Source of the DNA: Savitreella phatthalungensis
Taxonomy: Eukaryota
NCBI GenBank assembly: GCA_051599415.1
Contig: AP039689.1
Span: forward strand, 124,001-188,000
Length of the DNA stretch: 64,000 nt
Direction of reading: 5' to 3'
Shown one piece after another: positions 41,488-50,784 of the stretch. Below the pieces are notes generated by a model, which searched no databases, was not told the origin of the DNA, and was given only the letters and a program-made list of their open reading frames with translations. Made by a program: the position numbers and the translations under genes. The number at the start of each line of letters is the position of its first letter. The stretch's first letter is position 1.

Positions 41488-43743
41488 ATGGCCTCGAACG
41501 GGGACCCGGTCCAGGTCCCGGCAGCCATCGCCATCCTCTTCTCGCCTTGGCGGCGCAATATTATCCTCGCAATCACCCTTCTTGCCATCGTTCTCGGCGC
41601 CTTTAACATTCGCGGACGTCTGCCTAGCACACGTACACAGCTGCGCGCAATGGACGTCACCAATTGGCTAACGCTCCTGGCCAACTTTGCCCTGGTCATC
41701 TCCTCCATCACAAGCATCTTCATGTACTCCAATCAAGACGTTGATACATGCTTTCGCGTCGTTTTGCAGACCCGCGTATGGTTCGCCATCGTCGAAGCCT
41801 TGTTGCTTCTAGCTATGATAGAGCAGATGCGCAAAGTTACACGGCTAAAGATGCGCAGATGGCGCAACGAAGAGTACATCTTACACTGTCTTGTCATCGG
41901 AGGATTCTTTCTTGGCTCTATCATCTTCCTTGCGACTGACGACTCTACAAGACAGCTGGTCACAAGCGCCTGCAAGCTCGCCGGTGACACAAGACCCACA
42001 CTCTTTCAAGGCATTTTCGTCATGCTCGTCTTTGGCTATTTCTTTGCCAGATTCCTCGCAGTCAGACTTACGACCAACGATATCACCCTTGCGCGCTGGA
42101 GCGTCCGCCATGCGGTGGGCGCCTTGATACTCGGTATCTACTATCTTGCCACGTCCTTCATGTTCGTCTTCATGCCGAGGGAGAGGCGAAAGAATTTCAC
42201 AGTGGTACCTCTATACCTGATCCTCCTTACATCTGCTATTGTCACTGTGGAGGTACTGGAGTTTCTACTCGATTGGCAGCCGACGTACAAGGCGCTGTAT
42301 CCCATGTCGGCAGTCGACAGTCGCGTGACCTTCCATCGGCGGCCTATGTCCACAGGCCATGCTGGACTTGGCACATTCAGCAAAGGTGCTATTCACCTCG
42401 AAGCTCAGCCCTACTCTGCCAATACCGATGGAGACGTAGGTACAGGACGACCGCGCACCTTGCATTCCCATAAGGCCCTCGATCTTGCCATGTCTGCTGC
42501 ACAGATCAGCATCCGAGCTATCAATGGCCGCAACAGGCGAGGCAGCAGTCGCTCGACGCATTCCACGACCGAAGGAGAAATCGAGCACGTCGGTTACAGA
42601 GATCGGAATGATCGACCTCGACCCAGAGGCAATCACATCATTGATCCTCAAGAGCTTGAAGCTTTAATCCTTGGAGAGAGCTTCGAAGACTTCCGGAAGC
42701 GCAGTATAGCTGTGGCGCAGGAACGGGCGAGCTTGTCCGGCGCGACACGAAGGAAGAGCAGCGGTGGGAAGAAGCTGTCGGTGGTGACATCTGAGGCCAC
42801 TGACACAACTGCGTCAGTTGGCAGAAGTCTGGCTCCGCCATCGAGCTTACAGACTCGTCCGAAGACCATCTTGTCGTTCTCCGAGGCTTCTGACATTTGC
42901 AAGTCCTATGTTGACTCGGACACGATCGAGATGAGTTACGTGAGTCCAATCGCACAAAATCGCCCGGAAAGCCACTTCCGCCACTCGTCTGAACAATCGC
43001 CACTCCCTCCGACCATTCCCTCGAGTCCACTTCCCCCTACACCATCGGACAGCAATAGCACAGTGCCGGGACTAGCAGAAGACACGGTGCAGAGACTTCG
43101 GTCGGGAAATGGTGATGTTGAGGATGACATTGTGGCTCCGCCGCAATACCGACGGCCATCAGTCCAGCTTGCTGCGACGAGCGACAGCTCGCCGGTCTTA
43201 CCACCGGTGTCTACGGCACGAACACCTGAGATCCCTGTCATCACAGAACTCGACAGCGCCGTTGTACACGTGCCGGACTCTCCAACAGAGGGTTTGGTAC
43301 CGTCACCACGTATTGTCCCACCCAGGCCCCAATCTGCCCAACCTGTGCGGACGACAAGCCCTGCGCTCTTCCTCTCAGTGCCTGGCTCACGCCAGACCAC
43401 TGACCTGAGCGGATTTGGGCCGGTCACCATGCCGAGCATGACGAAGCGCCGAGCTTCGCCATCGATAGCTGCGATGGCGGTGTTTGATGGAGAGGTGGAT
43501 CCGCACGACGCGACAGCTCAGAATAGGCTTTCAATGCCGCCTTCGCTGACGTCGCTCGCTCCAAGGACCCACTATCCGCCCACACCCCGATCACGTGTCG
43601 TTTCCTTCAACGCCACCACGCCAAGACCGACGACTCTGAACGAGGACGAGGCAAAGACACTCCGTGATTTTCTGGCTGCACCGGCACTCGTTCTCAGAAC
43701 GCCCACGAGGCCCGATACGCCGTCGCGCCCAGCTGGATTATAA
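41488..43743 (+). CDS. Orphan seven-transmembrane (GPCR-like) protein with a long Ser/Pro-rich tail
   Basis: 751 aa. Seven hydrophobic segments in the first ~265 aa, then a low-complexity S/P/T/R tail. Confidence 0.75.
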   Translation: MASNGDPVQVPAAIAILFSPWRRNIILAITLLAIVLGAFNIRGRLPSTRTQLRAMDVTNWLTLLANFALVISSITSIFMYSNQDVDTCFRVVLQTRVWFAIVEALLLLAMIEQMRKVTRLKMRRWRNEEYILHCLVIGGFFLGSIIFLATDDSTRQLVTSACKLAGDTRPTLFQGIFVMLVFGYFFARFLAVRLTTNDITLARWSVRHAVGALILGIYYLATSFMFVFMPRERRKNFTVVPLYLILLTSAIVTVEVLEFLLDWQPTYKALYPMSAVDSRVTFHRRPMSTGHAGLGTFSKGAIHLEAQPYSANTDGDVGTGRPRTLHSHKALDLAMSAAQISIRAINGRNRRGSSRSTHSTTEGEIEHVGYRDRNDRPRPRGNHIIDPQELEALILGESFEDFRKRSIAVAQERASLSGATRRKSSGGKKLSVVTSEATDTTASVGRSLAPPSSLQTRPKTILSFSEASDICKSYVDSDTIEMSYVSPIAQNRPESHFRHSSEQSPLPPTIPSSPLPPTPSDSNSTVPGLAEDTVQRLRSGNGDVEDDIVAPPQYRRPSVQLAATSDSSPVLPPVSTARTPEIPVITELDSAVVHVPDSPTEGLVPSPRIVPPRPQSAQPVRTTSPALFLSVPGSRQTTDLSGFGPVTMPSMTKRRASPSIAAMAVFDGEVDPHDATAQNRLSMPPSLTSLAPRTHYPPTPRSRVVSFNATTPRPTTLNEDEAKTLRDFLAAPALVLRTPTRPDTPSRPAGL

Positions 43744-43877
43744 CGACATGCGCGATTGAACAATCAAGATGTATATATACAGATGTACATGATGGATGTA
43801 CAGTAGGAATTGTAGCTGTACAGGCAGGTAGCTTTAGAAAGCATGTCTATAAGCGACATCGGGCAAGAGTCAGTTGT

Positions 43878-44582
43878 TCAGTGGAACCTGTTGCGTTCGA
43901 GCAGGAGCATCATCGAACGATCGCCTTCGGAGAACAAGAGATCTGGATGAAAGGCTGTGTGTGCTTTCCGTGCCGCTGAGGTCTGTGTCCACGTGCGCAG
44001 TACCGCCGCGTATGTAGTCCGACCATGATCACCTTCACCACCAGATGCCTGTGCAGAACATGGAACAATCAATTCGCCTTCGCCACTAATCAGCCCCTCA
44101 CCTCGTAAACTCCCAGAATCGCCAAGCTCCAGTGACAGCGCTGTTGGTGTTAGCAGAGCTCCCACATCGACCCCACCCTCCTGCATATCGGTCAGGACGA
44201 GAACGGTGCCGAAGGTATCGGTTTTGGTATTGTCGGCAGCAGTTGTTGGATACCTGCCGCTGTAGACCTGGAAATGTTCTTCCATGAATGGGTGTAGCTG
44301 CGCCCACTGTGATTCCACGCCGGAGAAGTAAGCAATCGCTGACCCTGGATCCGTCCACCGGGAGAGCAGGAAGAAGTCCCTGGACGTGTCGAGCGCCTTG
44401 TCGTCGATGATGCCCGGCTGGAGTGGCTGACTCTGGAACGAGCGCGTGCTAGAGTCACCACCCGTACCGCCACACGCCTTGTCGATGTGCCCGCCAACGC
44501 GTTTCAGCAAGGCCAAGATACCAAGAGGATCGAACTGGGCGTCATCCCGCAGGCGCAATCGAATCAAGGCCAGCACTGTCAT
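43878..44582 (-). CDS. Hypothetical protein, possible dimeric alpha/beta-barrel (ABM-like)
   Basis: 234 aa from MTVLALIRL. FFLLSRWTDPGSAIAY and AAVLRTWTQTSAARKAH resemble the ABM strand-Trp-helix pattern. Confidence 0.5.
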   Translation of the reverse strand: MTVLALIRLRLRDDAQFDPLGILALLKRVGGHIDKACGGTGGDSSTRSFQSQPLQPGIIDDKALDTSRDFFLLSRWTDPGSAIAYFSGVESQWAQLHPFMEEHFQVYSGRYPTTAADNTKTDTFGTVLVLTDMQEGGVDVGALLTPTALSLELGDSGSLRGEGLISGEGELIVPCSAQASGGEGDHGRTTYAAVLRTWTQTSAARKAHTAFHPDLLFSEGDRSMMLLLERNRFH

Positions 44583-45313
44583 TCGCAAGTCACAAGTCAG
44601 ACGATGGAGATGGCTTTGTGAGAAGAGGGAGTATGGACTGGTTGAGCACAGGTGGAGGAGATGAACTATGGGCAAATGAGCTACCTGGACCTCATGGAAA
44701 AAGCTCGTGACCGGCTCCGCAGTGCCATAGAGCGTCATATGAGGGAGCAGTATATATACACACCTGCAGCTGATATTCAATGTCGACACTATGCGAGTAC
44801 AGTCGAGATGCAAGCTGATTCCCTAGCTCACTTAGCACTGCTCATTCCCTACAGCTCCTTCATCACAGCTCACTCCTTATAGTACAGACGAACGACTATA
44901 GGTCATGTGCCAGACGGTATAGGCTCTGGACTGTATTGTTCTCCACGCATTGGCTACTATGTGCAGGTGTGCATCGCGGTGATAATCGCTTGATCCAAAG
45001 GAAATTCCCGGAAGATATAGATTAAATCATCCAACTTGAAAACTGAGAAATGCTATAGCTCTATACTCCATAATCCATTGGAAGCGGTTATAATTCGTGC
45101 AACATTCGAATCAGCATACCGAGCGAGACACACGTCCGTGCAATGAATGAGAATTCTGATGAGATATATTCTGCATCCTAGCTTGAGCTAGTACTTTCAC
45201 AGTCATATTCGAATTGGCTGCAGTTGTTGACTCTAAACACTCAAGATTGCCAGTGCTATACTACCAGATGTGATACCACTGCTGTACACTGCATTCACGA
45301 TTCACAGTCATTG

Positions 45314-45317
<4 letters not shown>

Positions 45318-45352
<35 letters not shown>

Positions 45353-45410
45353 TTGCCAGACATCATCATCATTATCATCATCATCGACCATCATCATCAT
45401 CATCCTCATC
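45318..45410. repeat. (CA)17 followed by an imperfect (CAT)n tract
   Basis: (CA)17 at 45318-45351; CAT-rich 45361-45410. Confidence 0.9.
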
Positions 45411-45604
45411 AGTAGTAGCGGTAGAGGTAGTCGCTCATTCAGTCACCCGACTCACTCCTGATCTACTTACACACTCGAAGTCATAAAGTAGCTTTCTAGG
45501 AGTCAGAACTAAGAAACCATACCCGTTAGACTCGGGGTCAATCTCACAAGCACCTTCTCCACCTCTACCACCATCACTTCACACTCTCACACCTAACACC
45601 CATC

Positions 45605-47740
45605 ATGTGGAGAGCGGCCAGAGGGCTAAACAAACCAAGTCTACTCATCCACAAACATGCAGCTCTACAATCCAGAACATTCACTCAACCTCCAAAGATT
45701 CCTGTACTCCCACCAAACGGACCTTCAGACAAGGACACAAAACTGGCCAGAGATGCAGTTCCACCAGTCATGCCTCCAATGCCACCCTCGCAAAACGGCT
45801 CTTCAAGGCCAAACGGTCCAATCGTCCCACCACCTACACCCGCGGAACGCAAGGAAGCAAAAGCAGTCCCATTCGGTACCGAACCAGTGCAACTAGCATC
45901 TGATCCAACAATCCTCCCACGCAGATCTCACCGTCTCCGCAACTTCCTCCTCCTTACCATCTTCGGCGGTGCATTCCTCTTCGGTGGCGGCGTATTTGGC
46001 TCTCTGAGGAACGATACAGTCTATGAGATCTTCACAGAATACGTTCCATATGGAGAGGAGGCAGTTCTCTTCCTCCAAGAGCGCGAATTCCGCAATCGCT
46101 TCCCCGAGGCCCATCGCCACATCTCCCGTGGCTCGAAATCAAGATCGACCGCCGCAAATGTATACATCCCGGCTTCAGGCATTGAGGCTCGTGTGCGTGA
46201 CGTCGAGAAGCCTGGATCCACGACTCCTGCGACTGACCCATCTACTGCTGGCAAAGTGAAATCTGCCGCAGACTCCGCCACTACCACGGCACCGACTGCA
46301 GAGCTCCTCCAGCCAGGGCCACAGACCTCGGCCAAGGCTGATGCACACAAGTCTGCCGACACCAGCGCAGCTCATGCCGGACCAGTCAATCAGGACGTGC
46401 CCAAGCAGGCAGCAGATAGCCGATCGGGCGTCAGTTCTACTGTTCCAGCAGCAGCAACATCTGCCAAAACATCTACCACAGCCTCAAACTCCAAAACATC
46501 TGCCACAGCCTCAAATCCCAAAACATCTGCCACAACTCCCGCCATCGTCCCAGCCAAGGATGCACCGTCCGGCTTCGAAGTCTTCTCCCCTGTCCATCCG
46601 TCAAAGATCGAGAAATTTGACATTGCCGATGTGCGCGACAAGTCAATCGAGCGACTTCTCTTTGCACTCAACGGAGTCATTGCTACGGCTAACGAGTACG
46701 GCGCGACTGCTCACTTCCGTGATTGTATCGAGAATGCAAAGGATGAGGTCCGGGCAATCAACTCGTCAATCGGCGGTGTCCAGTCAAAAGCAGAACAGGC
46801 ACAGCGTGTACGCTTCGACGCGCAGGAGAAGCAACTCCGTGAGGACTTTGCAAAGCAGGGTGCGCAGTTGAAGCAGCGGACACGCCAGACAGAGCAGCAT
46901 CTCGCTCAGCAACTCGAGCAAGCTCGTCACCAGCTCGAGGCTCAATACCAGCAGAGACTCGCCTCAGAGGTTCAGCGTATCGACAACATCGCCAACCAGC
47001 GTCTCAAGAACGACTTGACCGAGCAGGCAGCACAGCTCCACAAGCTCATGCAGCGCGATGTGCGCTCCCAAGTCGAGCAGGAGCGCGGTGGTCGTCTCGG
47101 CCGCCTCGAGCAACTTCAGAAATCTGTTCAGGAACTGAAACAACTCCAGCTTGACTCATCTGACTACGTCAAGTCACGTGCACGTGTTCAAGACCTCGAG
47201 ATCGCCGTTGCCGCCCTCAAGACTGCTCTACGCGAATCCGATGGAGCCACTCCCTTCGTCGACGAGCTTGCAGCTCTGCGTGAGGTCGCCGGAAATGACG
47301 ATGAGCTCGTCCGCGCGGCAGTCTCGTCCATCTCCCGGGATGCGTTCGAGAATGGCATCCCAACACTCGCGCAGCTGTCTGACCGATTCCGTTCAGTCCG
47401 TGACAAGGTCAATCAGGCCGCCCTTGTACCCGATGATGCCGGTGCAGGCGCTCACGCGCTTTCATGGCTGCTCTCCCACGCGATGTTTGAGAAGCGAGGT
47501 ATGGTGGTCGGTGACGACGTCGCAGCCATCCTGTCGCGTGCCCAAGCATATCTCGAAGCCTCTGACCTCGACGCAGCCATCCGTGAGGTCAACTCCCTCC
47601 GTGGCTGGCCCAAGGTCCTTGCTCAGGACTGGCTCAACAAGGCCCGCTCCCACGCAGAAGTCCAGCTCGCAGTCGACGCCCTCCAGACATCAGCCGTCTA
47701 CGAGGCATTGAAGCTCCGTCTGGCCGAGCAGCGTGCATAA
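45605..47740 (+). CDS. MIC60: MICOS subunit Mic60 (mitofilin)
   Basis: Presequence, single TM then FTEYVPYGE, coiled coil (VEQERGGRLGRL), mitofilin domain (DVAAILSRAQAYL...DLDAAIREVNSLRGWPKVLAQDWL). Confidence 0.95.
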   Translation: MWRAARGLNKPSLLIHKHAALQSRTFTQPPKIPVLPPNGPSDKDTKLARDAVPPVMPPMPPSQNGSSRPNGPIVPPPTPAERKEAKAVPFGTEPVQLASDPTILPRRSHRLRNFLLLTIFGGAFLFGGGVFGSLRNDTVYEIFTEYVPYGEEAVLFLQEREFRNRFPEAHRHISRGSKSRSTAANVYIPASGIEARVRDVEKPGSTTPATDPSTAGKVKSAADSATTTAPTAELLQPGPQTSAKADAHKSADTSAAHAGPVNQDVPKQAADSRSGVSSTVPAAATSAKTSTTASNSKTSATASNPKTSATTPAIVPAKDAPSGFEVFSPVHPSKIEKFDIADVRDKSIERLLFALNGVIATANEYGATAHFRDCIENAKDEVRAINSSIGGVQSKAEQAQRVRFDAQEKQLREDFAKQGAQLKQRTRQTEQHLAQQLEQARHQLEAQYQQRLASEVQRIDNIANQRLKNDLTEQAAQLHKLMQRDVRSQVEQERGGRLGRLEQLQKSVQELKQLQLDSSDYVKSRARVQDLEIAVAALKTALRESDGATPFVDELAALREVAGNDDELVRAAVSSISRDAFENGIPTLAQLSDRFRSVRDKVNQAALVPDDAGAGAHALSWLLSHAMFEKRGMVVGDDVAAILSRAQAYLEASDLDAAIREVNSLRGWPKVLAQDWLNKARSHAEVQLAVDALQTSAVYEALKLRLAEQRA

Positions 47741-47843
47741 GCACAATCTTCGCCTTAGAAACACGACGAGTAAAACCCAGGCGTCACCATGTAGATTCAT
47801 GCATTTTATTACAGCGGTCACATTAGGCACTCTTCTTCGTCTC

Positions 47844-49358
47844 CTAAGATTCCGAGATCGCGAGCCCTGCAGCGCGGTCCAGTCGTTCAGCGTCCTTGTC
47901 TTCTCGTCCGAAGTAGAGTCTCACGACCCAGGCCACGCGCTTTAACAGATCTGCGAGCTCTTGCCTAGGGATACCTGAAGGTATCTGATCACCAAGTTCT
48001 TCTCCTGCGCTGGCGTACTTGCCCAGCGTCAACAAATCTGTCAATCGCGGCAACACCAAATTCGCCACCACGACGGGCGAGTATTTCCACATCAGCGTGT
48101 CCGCACTGACGCAAATTGCCCACAGACTCTTCTCCCTCTCCTGCACGAGCTCTGCGATCTCCTCTGCCCCTGATGTTAGCGACATTGACGCGAGTAAATC
48201 CAATCTCGCCTCGAGTGCCATGTCGTGCGCAATGCGCGCCTCGTTCACCAAGTGATGTGTCTGTGCGAGGGTCTGCAAGGCTTCGGCGAGCGCCAATCTC
48301 GTTAGGACCAGGGGCGGCGGTCTTCCCATCGCCAGCGCGCTGTTACGCAAGACCAAGATCCGATCAGCAAGCGCTTCCTCACTCCCAACCACCTCACCAT
48401 CCCACCACCGCCGACCGCAACCCGCACACAACCACGGCCAAGGAAACGACCTCCCCGCGCCGTCCCTCACGCAGTACGTCGGGGCCTCATCCGCGACATC
48501 ATACCTGACGCATTCAGTCCGTCCACAACCGGGACACTGGACGGCATTCTCAAGGTCTCCTGATTTCGACGTAGAAGAGCACCTCGCACACCGGCAGAAG
48601 AAAGCCTTCTCCTTCAACAACTTAGCACGTCGTCTGCGAGTGGAAGAGGCCATGTCGAGGCCGCCGATGTAGGTCGTGAATATCTGTGCGCCGGCAGGGA
48701 TGTCTCTGATTGCGAAGACGCGCATGTGGGAGCGGCCGGATCGACAGGGGGGCTTACAAGGCGCGTACGAGGCGTTCGGCCAGCAAGCGTGATTCGACTT
48801 GGACGCAACCTCTAGCATAGCGTGGCCAGCGTCCATCGAGTGCGCATTGATGTGCGACCGCGTCAGCAGCAAGACCACATTCTCAACGCTCCGCAACCGC
48901 AGCAACAGCTCACCATCCTTGCATCGTCCAAACAACCTCTCCCCGATCCGAGTCCACGTCGACGTGAGCTCGCTGATCAACTTGGCCTCATCAGGACTTC
49001 CAGCAACGGCAAAATTGTCGCACCGTAGTCTCACAGCTTCAGGAGCGATGGCGTACGCGACCAGCAGGTTGACAACGTTGTCGTGGGCTAGAGCCGAACA
49101 CGCTTCTCGGATTGCGTTACTGAATTGCTGTGCCTCTGCACCTCCGTACAGGTTATCAGGCGTAGCGATGGGAGTCTCATCCCACCAAATCAGCGGGAGC
49201 TCGTGCTCGATCTCCTCGCCAGCACCAATGTCGCGTGTAGCGATCCAGCATCGACCTAACCCTTCACGCTCCTCAACCACAAAAGGCCATATCGAATCAG
49301 CTGAGCTCAACCCACACAGCGAGCACCCGTCGTCCTCATCTGCATCCCGCTCAAACAT
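47844..49358 (-). CDS. SET-domain (SMYD-like) lysine methyltransferase
   Basis: GLGRCWIATRDIGAGE, SKSNHACWPNA, AIRDIPAGAQIFTTYI, post-SET FFCRCARC and extra CxxC pairs. Confidence 0.85.
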   Translation of the reverse strand: MFERDADEDDGCSLCGLSSADSIWPFVVEEREGLGRCWIATRDIGAGEEIEHELPLIWWDETPIATPDNLYGGAEAQQFSNAIREACSALAHDNVVNLLVAYAIAPEAVRLRCDNFAVAGSPDEAKLISELTSTWTRIGERLFGRCKDGELLLRLRSVENVVLLLTRSHINAHSMDAGHAMLEVASKSNHACWPNASYAPCKPPCRSGRSHMRVFAIRDIPAGAQIFTTYIGGLDMASSTRRRRAKLLKEKAFFCRCARCSSTSKSGDLENAVQCPGCGRTECVRYDVADEAPTYCVRDGAGRSFPWPWLCAGCGRRWWDGEVVGSEEALADRILVLRNSALAMGRPPPLVLTRLALAEALQTLAQTHHLVNEARIAHDMALEARLDLLASMSLTSGAEEIAELVQEREKSLWAICVSADTLMWKYSPVVVANLVLPRLTDLLTLGKYASAGEELGDQIPSGIPRQELADLLKRVAWVVRLYFGREDKDAERLDRAAGLAISES

Positions 49359-49553
49359 TTGTACCTCTCAGACTCACGCGTGAGATGAACTCTATCCGAT
49401 AGGAGTCTTGAATGTCAATGGACTGATGCTGGTGCCTTGCGAGGAAGATTTCCGAATTAGCGCAAGATCTCGATTGGGAAAGATTGCCAAGACGTCTTGT
49501 AATTGACACAGCAAAAAGTCAAGCATCACCCATGCAACGCGACAATAGGAGAA

Positions 49554-50591
49554 ATGAGTGACAGAGAGAAGATTGCGACGCTCTGGGCAGGATACGGAGC
49601 GATCTACCGCTGCAAAGATGTTGTCGATAAGTCTACCTATATCATCAAGCGTATCAACCCGCCGCAGCAATCAGCCAGGCGAGGCGAGAGCAGAGATGAA
49701 GGCGATACACGCAAGCGTCTGTCGTATCAGGTCGAATGCAGATTTTACGAGCGTTACGGGAAGTCTCACTTGGACCCCGAGGAAGCTTACCACGCACAAT
49801 GGCTAACTCCTGACAAGCGAATGCGAGACGACGAGCTCGCTCTTGAAGATCTCAGCCCACGCTTTCCCAAGCAGTTCTCCCGGCCGTGTTCCCATGCACA
49901 GGCAAAAGTAGTTGTTCGATGGCTCGCGTGGTTCCATGCGCGTCACTGGGGCTCCGACCGAGGAAGGATCTCAACGGAGGACTCAGACGTTCCATATGGC
50001 GAGTATTGGCGACAAGGTGGGTACTGGTACCTGTCTACGCGGCAAGAGGAAGCATCGACGCTCTCTCCAGAGTGGCAGGTGTGGGCGGCATTGGTCGACT
50101 CCGCACTCGCACGAATACCATCAAACAGGCAGACACTGATTCACGGTGACGCCAAAGCCGCCAATATCCTCTTCACCCAGGACGAGCGCCAGTGTGCCAT
50201 GTACGACTTCCAGTACTTCGGCTCAGACTCCCCGATGCGTGATCTAGCGTATTTCGTCGTCTCCTCCACCCACCGCAACACTGCTCAGACTCAGCGGGAT
50301 CTCTTACACCTATACTATTTCGAGCTCCAGGCAGCAGAGATGTTCTACAATAAGGATATCACGGTTCACGCCACACTCAATCAGCTCTCGGTCGACTTTG
50401 AGCTCTGTGTACTTGACTTCTGGCGGTTCATGGCATCCTGGGGAGCTTGGGGAGATGTCGATTTCGCAAATGAAATGGTCAGACGATGGTGTACGACGAA
50501 GGAGCTTTACACGGAGCACCTCAAGCCGAACGACATGACTGACGAGGAATGGCTCAGTCGCTATGGATCCGACTCCGACTGGCCACTGTAA
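49554..50591 (+). CDS. Ecdysteroid-kinase-like / APH-choline kinase superfamily phosphotransferase
   Basis: TLWAGYGAIYR, KRLSYQVE, LAWFHA, TLIHGDAKAANILF (Brenner motif), YDFQYFG, DLAYF. Confidence 0.85.
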   Translation: MSDREKIATLWAGYGAIYRCKDVVDKSTYIIKRINPPQQSARRGESRDEGDTRKRLSYQVECRFYERYGKSHLDPEEAYHAQWLTPDKRMRDDELALEDLSPRFPKQFSRPCSHAQAKVVVRWLAWFHARHWGSDRGRISTEDSDVPYGEYWRQGGYWYLSTRQEEASTLSPEWQVWAALVDSALARIPSNRQTLIHGDAKAANILFTQDERQCAMYDFQYFGSDSPMRDLAYFVVSSTHRNTAQTQRDLLHLYYFELQAAEMFYNKDITVHATLNQLSVDFELCVLDFWRFMASWGAWGDVDFANEMVRRWCTTKELYTEHLKPNDMTDEEWLSRYGSDSDWPL

Positions 50592-50722
50592 GAACGCGGA
50601 AGTGCTTCATCATTGGCGCCTGGAAGAATCATGCTCGAGCACAGTGTCTGCATTTGCAGGGAATTCTACGCAAAACTAAAAATAGGACAACGAAAAACAG
50701 CTGGGTAACCCTTCATCAACAC

Positions 50723-50771
50723 ACGCGTCACAAACAACGCTTTCAACCACAACGTTCAGGCAATGACGCGT
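50723..50771. promoter_or_regulatory. Two perfect MCB boxes (ACGCGT) upstream of SRS2
   Basis: ACGCGT at 50723 and 50766 within a 193-bp intergenic gap. Confidence 0.5.
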
Positions 50772-50784
50772 TGAAGCCAGTCTT

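Noticed and set aside
6063..47740. Apparent clustering of seven mitochondrial genes
   Set aside because: They are interspersed with unrelated genes, and mitochondrial proteins are a large class; the count is compatible with chance.
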